From contig JBHLRP010000005.1 in the NCBI GenBank assembly GCA_048882485.1, forward strand, positions 34,601-98,600: 64,000 nt of DNA, written 5' to 3'. A model generated the notes under the pieces. That model was not told the origin of the DNA. It saw only the letters and a list, made by a program, of their open reading frames with translations, and did not search any database. Each line of letters starts with the position of its first letter. Position 1 is the first letter of the stretch. This stretch comes from Candidatus Thorarchaeota archaeon (GTDB lineage Archaea; Asgardarchaeota; Thorarchaeia; Thorarchaeales; Thorarchaeaceae). The translations under genes and the position numbers were made by a program. Shown here piece after piece: positions 37,969 to 47,083 of the stretch.

Positions 37969-38676
37969 CTAGCCAATTGGCGAAAGGCGTGTTACCTCTT
38001 CTGAATTGTATAGGTGTGAAACTCCATCTCTATCGATAGAGATGCAGATCCCTCCTTGATAGGGCTCTCTATCTTGATTTCCTATGGTTCGCCCCAACAG
38101 AATTCGCTTGATTGACATCAGAGCTAGATCATGAGTCACATGAATGTGCATGACCAACTCGTTCTCATTCCTTAGCCTCTCAATCGTTGCTTCCAACAGC
38201 CTACCTCTATACGACTCAAAAGACTCAATTATATTGCCAAATTCCCCATCGGCCCAGCTGTTCACGAATTGAGTCACATTCTTCCCATCAGGCTGGAGAT
38301 TATCCCATACTGCTTCGTCATCAAACTCAGGCATCACTAGTATAGGAATGGCCTCAAACTCAACAATGTCTGCTCCGTTCTCTCTGAGCCCCATGGCAAG
38401 CTCCTCGGCTGTTTCATAGCACCTTGGAACGAAGCTGAAGAAGATTCGAATAGGTCTGTTAACAGGTAGCCTCTTTCCCATTTCATATGACATCTGCTTG
38501 CCTATCTCTGTAAGTCCCGTACTAAACTGGACTGAGTGGTCTGGAATCTCCTCACGATGAGAGTGACGCAGGAATAGCATGACACTCTCATCTGGGGGCC
38601 TTTGACCAATCCAATTCACTAGTCTTCTTGCACTTGCTAGCCAGTCGATGCTTTGCCAATCCGACAAATCCGTCAA
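37969..38676 (-). CDS. Histidine phosphatase superfamily protein
   Basis: LFLRHSHR, LTEIG, SFVPRCYETA, VTHD. Confidence 0.85.
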   Translation of the reverse strand: MTDLSDWQSIDWLASARRLVNWIGQRPPDESVMLFLRHSHREEIPDHSVQFSTGLTEIGKQMSYEMGKRLPVNRPIRIFFSFVPRCYETAEELAMGLRENGADIVEFEAIPILVMPEFDDEAVWDNLQPDGKNVTQFVNSWADGEFGNIIESFESYRGRLLEATIERLRNENELVMHIHVTHDLALMSIKRILLGRTIGNQDREPYQGGICISIDRDGVSHLYNSEEVTRLSPIG

Positions 38677-38746
38677 TGTTTCTACTCCGTTAGCTGCAGG
38701 TCCCCCACTTCGTAGTGATTTACTCTTCGGTATGTCTTTCGCCTTC

Positions 38747-39445
38747 CTAGCAAGTCAAGGCGTCAGATAGTTTCCTAGCCGCCTTCACAGTATTTGCTGC
38801 TTCCTTTGGCGTCGGTGGAATACCATCAAAGCCTGTCTTCTCAATGAACTCCTTTGTGCCCTTAATCAAGTCATCCGCTGATACTGCCGCGATTTTCTCT
38901 ATAGTATCAAATCCGGAATCATGATACAACCTTGCTCTAACTGTCTTGACTGCGCCTAAACGAGTTAGGTTTGAGAGTTTCGCAAGTTCAAGTATCTCTG
39001 CAGTTTCTATGCCCGTTCTCTCAGAGAGTTCTCTCCTCATGGAATCGGTTTTGGCAGCTTCAAGCATATCTTCGACGGTTTCTATACCTACTTCCGAAAG
39101 CCTCCGAATTGCCTCTTGGTTCACATCCTTGAAGTTTCTCATCTTGAAAGGCTTTCTTTTCTTTGCAGTATGCTTTTCCCGTATAGTTTGAGAATATTTG
39201 ACCATCTCATCATGTTCGATAAACTGGAAGTAATATTGTAGTGTCCACATGACCTTGGCAACGTTTTTACTGCCGAGAATGGATGAAGCAAACAGATCCA
39301 AGTCCATTTGCGATGAATCCCGAGCTGTCTTTCCACTTTCTGCGAGGAATGCCTCAAAACTATGCGCATTCTTGACACAGGAACTAATGGTTCGTTCTGT
39401 TTTGCGCTTCTTTTTCATGAATAAAATAAAACCCTCATCATCCAT
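38747..39445 (-). CDS. DUF4332 (helix-hairpin-helix) domain protein with an N-terminal helical domain
   Basis: RLSEVGIETVEDML, RRELSERTGI, SNLTRLGAVKTVRARLYHDSG. Confidence 0.8.
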   Translation of the reverse strand: MDDEGFILFMKKKRKTERTISSCVKNAHSFEAFLAESGKTARDSSQMDLDLFASSILGSKNVAKVMWTLQYYFQFIEHDEMVKYSQTIREKHTAKKRKPFKMRNFKDVNQEAIRRLSEVGIETVEDMLEAAKTDSMRRELSERTGIETAEILELAKLSNLTRLGAVKTVRARLYHDSGFDTIEKIAAVSADDLIKGTKEFIEKTGFDGIPPTPKEAANTVKAARKLSDALTC

Positions 39446-39572
39446 CACTGAAGACCTCGGCTATCTTGGTAATAGGCGCAACTGAATAAAAGCAATGGCT
39501 CCACCGCCATTGGAAGGAACAGACTTTCACAGTGATAGTGCTCGTACTGACGTTGCACTATCTAGTATTCTT

Positions 39573-42500
39573 CTAAAGCTTCGCAAGTTCTTCTTCTCTT
39601 AGCCGCTTCTTGAACAGCTTCATTACAACGGTAAGTGGGAGCTCATCTCTGAACTCAACCCACTTTGGTATTGCATAGGGTTTCACCTTTCCCTTCAGGA
39701 ACTCTATGATGTCTTGTTCAGAGACCTTTCCTCTATGCTCGGGTTTCAGCTGGATGAATGCCTTTACTCTTTCACTCCCCGGTCTTTCGGCATCAGGAAT
39801 GCCAATCACACCTGCGACATCAACCGCTTCGTGTTCGTTGAGAATGTCATCAATGACCCTGCTATACACCTTGTTGCCTGAAACATTGATCATGTCCTTG
39901 ATTCTGTCTACGATTTTGAAGTATCCATCCCCGTCCATTTCAACAACGTCGCCCATTGGCAGCCAAGCGCCGTCCTTCAGTCCACTGCCTGGCGTCGGCC
40001 AATAACCCCGCATGATCTGGGGTCCGCGTATCCATATCTCACCACGATGACTGATAGGAAGCTCCTCTCCAGTATCAGGATCGACTATTTTTATCTCAGT
40101 TTCAGGAATTGGAACTCCGACTCCTCTCTTTGTTTCCGCCATGAAACCTGTGACCTTAGAAAGAGCTGAGATGTTTATTGTGACAACGCCGGATGTTTCG
40201 GTTGCGCCATATCCTTCGCCCATAGGCACACCTGCCTTCTTCTCGAATTCCTCAGCGAGGTCTGCGGGAAGAGCTGCCGCTCCCGAGAAATAGAAGATCT
40301 GCCCCTTGATCATGTCCATCTTTGAGAATAGCATATAGTGAGTTGGAACTGCAAATACCACAAATGGCCGATGCTGGTTGATTACTTCAACAATCTTTGG
40401 AATATCTCTCGAGTCCATCAGGTGCATTTTGAGTCCCCAAGAGATGCAGGAGTGCAAAGCCCAGTGGCCGTATGCATGGAAGATTGGCACACATATCAAT
40501 CCAGCACTCTTCCCGATGATTCCTTCCTTTAGCGGATCCATCATCCAATGCATAGTCTGCCTCACGTTGGTAGTTATGTTGTAGTGAGTCAGCATCGTTC
40601 CCTTGGGTTGACCTGTGGTGCCCCCTGTAAAAGGCAGAAGTGCAATGTCTTCCTTTGGATTAATCTCAACAGTTTCAGTATGTGGTTCATGATTCTGGAT
40701 TAAGTCATCCATGAGGTGATAGTTCTCATCATCAATATCTTCCATTGCAGGATACTGATAATCGGGGAATAGCTTCGTTGGTGTGTAGATGACTGTCTTC
40801 ACTTTGGTATCAGGTTTAACCTCATTGACACGCTCGATTCGCCTGTAGGAGCAGACCACAATCTTCGCTTTGCTTTCACTGAGCTCGTATCTCAGGTCGT
40901 CAGCCTTGTGTAGAATACTGAGAGGTACATGAATGGCACCAATCTTCATGGCGGCATAGTCTGCGATAATGAATTCTGGACATGATGGGAGAACAGTTGC
41001 AACGCAATCACCCTTCTTCACACCCAATGCCACAAACGCTGATGCAAGTCTATCAACCCTATCCTTCAATTCGGGATAGGTCATTTCCTCATCGGCGTAT
41101 TCACACGCAATCACGTCCGGGAATTCCGCTGCAGTGTCTTCAAGAAACTTATACACATTTACCTCAGGATAAGGAGCCATAGAGTGCTCGAGCTTGAATG
41201 GGCCTATCTGGTAGTTTTCGAGCCATGGCTTATCTCCAACCACTTCATTGGTTCGCAACTCAGCAGCTTTCTTCTTGGTGCCAGTGGAAGCTACGTGAGT
41301 TCTATGTCTGATCAATTCTGGGGTTTCGCCCGTATCTGCATGGACTGTATCTATAAGCCATTCCAGCCCAAGTTCCTGAAGCTTCTCAATCGTCGGTCTG
41401 CCTTGCTCATCCCACCCGCGGTATTTGTAGTACGCATCAAGAAGAACATCCAGGTCCACAACATGTCCCTCTGCGGGGCCTTCAGGTAATGGGTCTTCCA
41501 GCAACCGTGGTGGTAATGTGTCATCAGCTCGTGTGAAGCCTTCTCTCAGAATATAAGCTCGCTCTAAATTGTAGATTCTCTCACCTGTCTTACGGAACTC
41601 CTCTGGCGTGATTTCTAGGCCCATCAAAGCGGACATCAGTCCAGCCCAATCCTCGGCAGTGAGAACCATACCCATGAATTTACACCCACCGATCGCATCA
41701 AAATTCCCAAGTGCGTCCTCAAAGTTCTTCACAACTAACGCGGTTTCAGGAATCTCTTGTAGGGGGTCTCCGATATCTGCGTCCTCCACAATCATGAATG
41801 GCATTGCAAGGAAAGCTGGGCCTTCGATATATGCTGTGATGTGATCGCCACCACGGTTAGCCACCGCATAAGCGAGACCAGTTACTTTGGCAGCACGGCT
41901 ATCATATCCAGGCAGCTCAAGTCCCTTGACATGCATGGCGAAATGCTCTGATCCTTGACCAAGTTTCTCCGCCATTCGCTTTGTGCCTTCAGCCAAGACG
42001 TCACCGATGCCTTCGCGCTTTCCAATCTTATGAATAACGTCGACAACCAGCTGAGCGTTCCCCCAGGAGAAGTCCAATCCATCCACATCTTCGTTCTTCA
42101 GAATGCCCCGCTGGTAGCATTCCATTGCAAATCCGATAGTATTCCCTGCAGATACCACGTCAATACCGTACTCATTGCAAAGGAAGTGAGCAAGTGTGAT
42201 CGCCTCTAGGTTGTCCACACCACACATTGTTCCAAGAGATGCTAGTGATTCGTATTCTGGTCCTTCTCCTCTGCTCTTGAACGGACCAGCCTTGATCTCT
42301 GCTATCCGTCCGCAATGAATGGGACATGCGAAGCAGGGCTTTCGCTTCACCAATATGTTGTCGTTAATTGCAGTCCCATTGATTTGCTCCGCGTTCTCAA
42401 AGACTCCTGTCTGCCAATTCCGTGTTGGAATACCACCCTTGACATTCACCAAGTCTACCATCGTAGCTGTTCCATAGACCTCGAGAGTCATCTTCAAAAT

Positions 42501-43205
42501 GCTCTGGTTCACCCAGTCGAATCTCTGTTTGGCTTCTGCCTTGTATACTTCAGGTTCAGCAATAGGAATAGTCATGGTTCCCTTGGACGCAATTGCCTTG
42601 AGATTCTTTGAACCCATTACTGCACCCACACCACAGCGACCTGCTGCACGCCCCCAATTCTCCTCATCGCAATCATTCATGATGGCTGCATATTTGACCA
42701 AGTTCTCCCCAGCAATACCGATGCACGCGACGTTGAACTTCTCGCCATGCTTCTCTCGAAGTATCCTAGTGGTTTCTGAAGTGTTCTTCCCCCATATCTC
42801 TGAGGCGTCCACAAGTTCAGCTTTCCCGTCTTCTGTCAGCAAATAGACTGGCTTTGGAGATTTACCCTCAAATATCACCCCATCAAATCCGGAGCGCTTG
42901 AAATCTCTCCCCCAGAACCCGGCGGAGTTGGCATGTCCCCATCCATTGGTGAGTGGTGCCTTTGTCACTACACTATAGCGACCTGTGCTGGGCGATGTTG
43001 TTCCTGTCAAGGGGCCTGTCATGAGGATTAGCTTGTTTTCTGGTCCCATGGGATCAATGCCTGGTTCTGTTTCTTCAAAGAGTATCTTTGTTGCCAGTCC
43101 AGCACCGCCGAGATATTTCCTCAATGTATCCTCGTCAGGGAATTCCTCTGTTATTGTGGATGTTGTCAAGTTAATGCGCAGGATTTTGCCCATGTAGCCA
43201 AACAT
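39573..43205 (-). CDS. aor: Fusion of a tungsten-type aldehyde:ferredoxin oxidoreductase (N-terminal) and a long-chain acyl-CoA synthetase / AMP-binding enzyme (C-terminal)
   Basis: AOR: GKILRINLT, YLGGAGLA, KAPLT, AGRCGVGAVMGSKNLKAI, CFACPIHC, GPEYE, VKGLELPGYD, YYKYRGWD. Synthetase: KPWL, FTGGTTGQPKG, GEGYGATE, GD...DGYFKIVDRIKD, LPLT..MK. One uninterrupted ORF. Confidence 0.93.
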   Translation of the reverse strand: MFGYMGKILRINLTTSTITEEFPDEDTLRKYLGGAGLATKILFEETEPGIDPMGPENKLILMTGPLTGTTSPSTGRYSVVTKAPLTNGWGHANSAGFWGRDFKRSGFDGVIFEGKSPKPVYLLTEDGKAELVDASEIWGKNTSETTRILREKHGEKFNVACIGIAGENLVKYAAIMNDCDEENWGRAAGRCGVGAVMGSKNLKAIASKGTMTIPIAEPEVYKAEAKQRFDWVNQSILKMTLEVYGTATMVDLVNVKGGIPTRNWQTGVFENAEQINGTAINDNILVKRKPCFACPIHCGRIAEIKAGPFKSRGEGPEYESLASLGTMCGVDNLEAITLAHFLCNEYGIDVVSAGNTIGFAMECYQRGILKNEDVDGLDFSWGNAQLVVDVIHKIGKREGIGDVLAEGTKRMAEKLGQGSEHFAMHVKGLELPGYDSRAAKVTGLAYAVANRGGDHITAYIEGPAFLAMPFMIVEDADIGDPLQEIPETALVVKNFEDALGNFDAIGGCKFMGMVLTAEDWAGLMSALMGLEITPEEFRKTGERIYNLERAYILREGFTRADDTLPPRLLEDPLPEGPAEGHVVDLDVLLDAYYKYRGWDEQGRPTIEKLQELGLEWLIDTVHADTGETPELIRHRTHVASTGTKKKAAELRTNEVVGDKPWLENYQIGPFKLEHSMAPYPEVNVYKFLEDTAAEFPDVIACEYADEEMTYPELKDRVDRLASAFVALGVKKGDCVATVLPSCPEFIIADYAAMKIGAIHVPLSILHKADDLRYELSESKAKIVVCSYRRIERVNEVKPDTKVKTVIYTPTKLFPDYQYPAMEDIDDENYHLMDDLIQNHEPHTETVEINPKEDIALLPFTGGTTGQPKGTMLTHYNITTNVRQTMHWMMDPLKEGIIGKSAGLICVPIFHAYGHWALHSCISWGLKMHLMDSRDIPKIVEVINQHRPFVVFAVPTHYMLFSKMDMIKGQIFYFSGAAALPADLAEEFEKKAGVPMGEGYGATETSGVVTINISALSKVTGFMAETKRGVGVPIPETEIKIVDPDTGEELPISHRGEIWIRGPQIMRGYWPTPGSGLKDGAWLPMGDVVEMDGDGYFKIVDRIKDMINVSGNKVYSRVIDDILNEHEAVDVAGVIGIPDAERPGSERVKAFIQLKPEHRGKVSEQDIIEFLKGKVKPYAIPKWVEFRDELPLTVVMKLFKKRLREEELAKL

Positions 43206-43245
43206 GATTGGATTGACCCCTACTTATGAAGCGGGCCTTGTACGG

Positions 43246-43253
43246 TTTTATAA
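43246..43253. promoter_or_regulatory. Shared TATA box (TTTTATAA) of the divergent aor-fusion / moaD promoter
   Basis: Only ~80 bp separate the two starts; the TTATAA core is palindromic. Confidence 0.5.
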
Positions 43254-43284
43254 GCCTGATGTTTGGAAGACTCAGAGTGGAGCT

Positions 43285-43569
43285 ATGATGAAAGTCACTG
43301 TGAAGTTCTATATAACACTTCGAGACCTCACAGGGAAGAAAGAACCAATCAATGTCGAACTGGATAAGGGTGCAACCATTTCAAACCTTCTTGATGAACT
43401 CTATTTGGATTCAGGAATTAAGGAAGCAATGATCGCAGAGGATCAGAAGGTGAAGCCGGATATTACAATACTAATCAATGGCAGGGAGATCAAATTCCTG
43501 AATGGAATTGAAACGAAATTGAGCTCTGGAGATGAGATATCGATTTTTCCACTGGTAGCAGGCGGCTGA
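43285..43569 (+). CDS. moaD: MoaD/ThiS/SAMP ubiquitin-like sulfur carrier
   Basis: MKVTVKFY..LRDLTG, ILINGRE, GDEISIFPLVAGG with C-terminal GG. Confidence 0.92.
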   Translation: MMKVTVKFYITLRDLTGKKEPINVELDKGATISNLLDELYLDSGIKEAMIAEDQKVKPDITILINGREIKFLNGIETKLSSGDEISIFPLVAGG

Positions 43570-43634
43570 ACCATGTGAAGCTCAATTTATCAATCAGTTT
43601 TCCATAGCCTGTTGGCGTAGTAGAAAACAAGGGA

Positions 43635-44090
43635 GTGATTGAAATTCCGAAATTGTTCTCAGATGAATGGTTAGATTTGTACAAAGATGCAATCAATGCC
43701 AACGAGGCCTACGAGAAGGCTGCGTCTTGGTGGACTGGCGATTTTATCTTCATAATCAAAGCAAGTGGAAATTTGGATCATGATGTCATGGCCTATATCG
43801 GACTGACCCATGGAAAATGTACTGGTGTCAAATCCATTGCAGGGGAGGATGAATATGAGATTGTCAAGCCGGGCGAATCCGCGAGCGGTGACAAACTCGC
43901 TGTGGAATACACCTATGAAGCTGACTATGAAACCTGGGTGGATATTCTGAAAGGCGAACTGGATCCCATCCGCGGCCTTCTAAGTGGAAAGGCGAAGATC
44001 GTGGGTGAAATGGCAAAGGTTCTCAAGGCAACCGATGCAGCAAAGGAGCTAGTGCGAACTGCAGGAATGGTTGACACTGAATACTTCTAG
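43635..44090 (+). CDS. SCP2 sterol/lipid carrier domain protein
   Basis: LFSDEW....DAINANEAY..AA..W.GDF, HGKC, W..IL.GELDPI.GLLSGK.KI.GEM. Confidence 0.85.
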   Translation: MIEIPKLFSDEWLDLYKDAINANEAYEKAASWWTGDFIFIIKASGNLDHDVMAYIGLTHGKCTGVKSIAGEDEYEIVKPGESASGDKLAVEYTYEADYETWVDILKGELDPIRGLLSGKAKIVGEMAKVLKATDAAKELVRTAGMVDTEYF

Positions 44091-44109
44091 CTAAGCAAGG
44101 TGATGCGTT

Positions 44110-44520
44110 GTGGATGAATCAGCACAGGAAACCCTATTCCTGACATTTAAGACTGTGATTGAAGATGTGATTGCTGACAAGCGAAAGAATCCCAAGAACA
44201 CGAAGACGCTAGATGAGTTTCAGGCCAGAATTAACATTGGTTTGCATGTGGAAGAGGATTTCATTCTCTGGGTGAACTTGATTGCTGATGCTGGAAAATA
44301 CGAACTCAACAATGGAGCCTTAGAAGAGTTCGATTTAGAGCTTATTGCTGATCCGGAGGACCTCATGTATTTCACAAATGGACAGTATTCCACAATTAAG
44401 ATGATGACTTCAAAGAATAGGTTCGGTAATAGACGGTTGCGTTACAAGGGCGGTACTACTGGTCGCAACATGGGAAAGCTTCTGAAGCTTCCAAGGATTC
44501 TCGTCTTGGATAAGAAATAG
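44110..44520 (+). CDS. Divergent SCP2-like protein
   Basis: DLELIADPEDLMYFTNG, RLRYKG...NMGKLLKL resembles the SCP2 C-terminal half. Confidence 0.55.
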   Translation: MDESAQETLFLTFKTVIEDVIADKRKNPKNTKTLDEFQARINIGLHVEEDFILWVNLIADAGKYELNNGALEEFDLELIADPEDLMYFTNGQYSTIKMMTSKNRFGNRRLRYKGGTTGRNMGKLLKLPRILVLDKK

Positions 44521-44613
44521 AAGATTGGAATGAAGACTCATTCTGAATGGCTTTATGCTTCGATAACAAGACCTTTGACATGAACCTGCAATTTGCCAGC
44601 CTAGGGGCAGATT

Positions 44614-45267
44614 ATGACAAAGAAGAAGACATTCTGGCTTCAAGCCTACAAGGAGGTTGTGGAGAACAGAAAGCAGGGACCTGACTTCAAACTGATTGAA
44701 TATCTAGATATTGTCCCCAAGGGTCCTGTTCTCGACCTAGGTATGGGTCGTGGTCGTCATGCGCTCTTCTTTGCCAAACTGGGGAGAGCAGTTGAGGGTG
44801 TCGATACATCGAAGTTTTCGAAAGGGCTACCTGAAATAATCGAAGCTGAGGGCCTTGATTTTGTATATCACAAAATGGACCTAAGAGATTTTGAATTCCC
44901 AACTCGGAAATATGCGCTAATTGTAGCGGCAAAGATTCTGCAATTGTTCCGGAAATCTGACATAGAGAAGATTGCTGACAAGATGCTGGCGGCCTTGAAA
45001 CCTAAGGGTGTCATCTATGTCTATACATTCTCCGTCGAGGATCTTCAATTCATCCGAAGCTGGGATGAACTTGAGGAAGTTGAGAAGAACACCTTCTATC
45101 ATGCTAATTACAAACTTCATTTCCACTTCTTCTCAAAGGAAGAGATTCTATCGCTCTTTCCAAAACTGAAACTGCAATATTACACTGAGGGATTGAGATT
45201 CCACTCTACACAACGCCGGTCAAGACTGAATGGCGTTATCCAATATATTGGACAAAGAGTAAGATGA
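44614..45267 (+). CDS. Class I SAM methyltransferase (TehB-like)
   Basis: VLDLGMGRGRHALFFA, EGVD, LKPKG. Confidence 0.85.
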   Translation: MTKKKTFWLQAYKEVVENRKQGPDFKLIEYLDIVPKGPVLDLGMGRGRHALFFAKLGRAVEGVDTSKFSKGLPEIIEAEGLDFVYHKMDLRDFEFPTRKYALIVAAKILQLFRKSDIEKIADKMLAALKPKGVIYVYTFSVEDLQFIRSWDELEEVEKNTFYHANYKLHFHFFSKEEILSLFPKLKLQYYTEGLRFHSTQRRSRLNGVIQYIGQRVR

Positions 45268-45546
45268 AGGGAGAGTCGACTTGTCTCGAGTGAGGCTGGT
45301 TTCTTTGCTTTGAATTATCTGAAGAGCAGGGAGAGGTATAGCTTCTAATTGATTCGAGTTCAATAACACAACCTAAATGAGTGAAGAATATTACAGAATG
45401 TAATTATTCTAGCTATAAAGGCTACATAAAGGTTCATTCAATATGCTATGGAGTTTCAAGATGTTGCTTTTTGAAAAGCTAAGCTAATTAGCCTTTGTGT
45501 GTTCTTTTTCCATAGGTTCCTTTCGTATCAAGAGGTGTAGTCTCAA

Positions 45547-45804
45547 TTGAGTGGTGTCGAAGAAAAAGAAAGGGTGATTTCAATCAAGTGTTGTATCCCC
45601 CGAAAAATGTCTTCATGCACAGATGACGAGCTGCGACTCAGTATTGTCACCTTGAAGAATGCGATTATGAACATCACTGTTTGTATGAATAGAATCGAGC
45701 GCGAACTCAAAAAGAGAGGTACTTCAATAAGTGTGTTTAAAGCCATAAGAGAGAAGCCAATTCCCGAAATAATTGAGCTAGCCGCTTTTGGGGGTCAGAT
45801 GTGA
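45547..45804 (+). CDS. Small hypothetical protein
   Basis: GAGGTG upstream of a TTG start; coiled-coil-like segment. Confidence 0.45.
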   Translation: MSGVEEKERVISIKCCIPRKMSSCTDDELRLSIVTLKNAIMNITVCMNRIERELKKRGTSISVFKAIREKPIPEIIELAAFGGQM

Positions 45805-46082
45805 AATACTAAGTCCTCATCTTGCTAGTTGCGGGGAGCGGTCTAAAATAGAAGCGCTACTATTGGGTCATTTGATAAAGCGGAATGTCAGCTCTTATGA
45901 GTCAGCCGCCCGGAATGAAATGGCGTTCTTCATATCCTGGGAATAGTCCGAGGTAATAGACAAGTCCACATTTCTGTTTGAATCGATTTGCGGGCACATG
46001 ATATCTGTTTTCAGAAGATAGAAATGCACCTTTAGATGCAACTCTCCTACTCTATAGGCTGATGAAACAACGTGAGTAGAAG

Positions 46083-47063
46083 ATGACGCTGAAGCACAGG
46101 ATCATTAACGCCATATTGCTCCGCGTAGGATATCCAAGAATCAAAGGTATTATTGCAAAACAGAAGTCGGTCTGTAAAATCCCCACTGCATTGACTTCAA
46201 CACCAAACTCACCCACAAGATTTGAGATTCCCCTTGAAGCCATTAAGATGATGAAAGAACGTGAAGACTTCGAGATGAAACAGACCTTTCCAATGAGAAG
46301 AATGCTGTCGATAATGAGGAATATCAACAAGACAATCGATACACTACCCGATAATCCTGCTGCATCATCCAATGGGACTTCCGGTGACTTCATCGACACC
46401 TTGAAGGAATTTGCCTACTCCCAAGGTGTGGGCATCATTCATTTCACCAAGTTGCCCAGAGACCTGATCTTCCAAGAGTTTGGTGTGCTATATGATAATG
46501 CAATAATCTTGGCAATGGAAATGAGCCAGGAGAAAATTGACCAAGCCCCCAGTCAGGCCACATTCAAGATGGTCTTCGATACCTATGATGACCTTGGAAT
46601 TGCAGCAAACAGAATCGCGGCTTTCTTGCGGGAACATGGGTACGCAGCTCAGGCCGATCACCCATTGGGCGGAACAGTTCTATATCCACCGCTTGCCCAA
46701 AGAGCAGGGATTGGCTTTGTGGGGAAGCATGGCCTCCTTATCACTCCCAAATTTGGCTCAAGAGTTAGACTCGCAGCTGTGTACACGAGTATTCAGAATT
46801 TGCCTGATATGAAGGAAAACAATCACAATTGGATCGCGGATTACTGCAAGATCTGCGGCCTTTGCATAAAGCAATGTCCACCTGGGGCGATTCTTGAAGA
46901 AACTATTATGCGTGACACTGGTATCAATACTGATATCGTTCAGAGGGACTGCTTCGAATATTTCGTGGTGAATTATGGATGTTCGGTATGCATCAAGGTC
47001 TGTCCGTTCTCCAAGGGCATTGATGCTTATGAACGGTTGAAGCAAGTGGTTGAGAAACAGTAA
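46083..47063 (+). CDS. Reductive dehalogenase / epoxyqueuosine reductase-like cobalamin-2x[4Fe-4S] protein
   Basis: NAIILAMEM, AGIGFVGKHGLLITPKFGSRVRLAAV, CKICGLCIKQCP, C...CSVCIKVCP. Confidence 0.8.
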   Translation: MTLKHRIINAILLRVGYPRIKGIIAKQKSVCKIPTALTSTPNSPTRFEIPLEAIKMMKEREDFEMKQTFPMRRMLSIMRNINKTIDTLPDNPAASSNGTSGDFIDTLKEFAYSQGVGIIHFTKLPRDLIFQEFGVLYDNAIILAMEMSQEKIDQAPSQATFKMVFDTYDDLGIAANRIAAFLREHGYAAQADHPLGGTVLYPPLAQRAGIGFVGKHGLLITPKFGSRVRLAAVYTSIQNLPDMKENNHNWIADYCKICGLCIKQCPPGAILEETIMRDTGINTDIVQRDCFEYFVVNYGCSVCIKVCPFSKGIDAYERLKQVVEKQ

Positions 47064-47083
47064 TTCTAGTGGAAGTCCACCCG

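Noticed and set aside
38747-39445. Integrase-like N-terminus as evidence of a mobile element
   Set aside because: No tyrosine-recombinase catalytic domain or att sites; the C-terminus is DUF4332
45268-46082. Long gaps around the 85-aa ORF as ncRNA or a cobalamin riboswitch
   Set aside because: Only a weak AT-rich palindrome near 45385-45410; no recognisable riboswitch or tRNA structure
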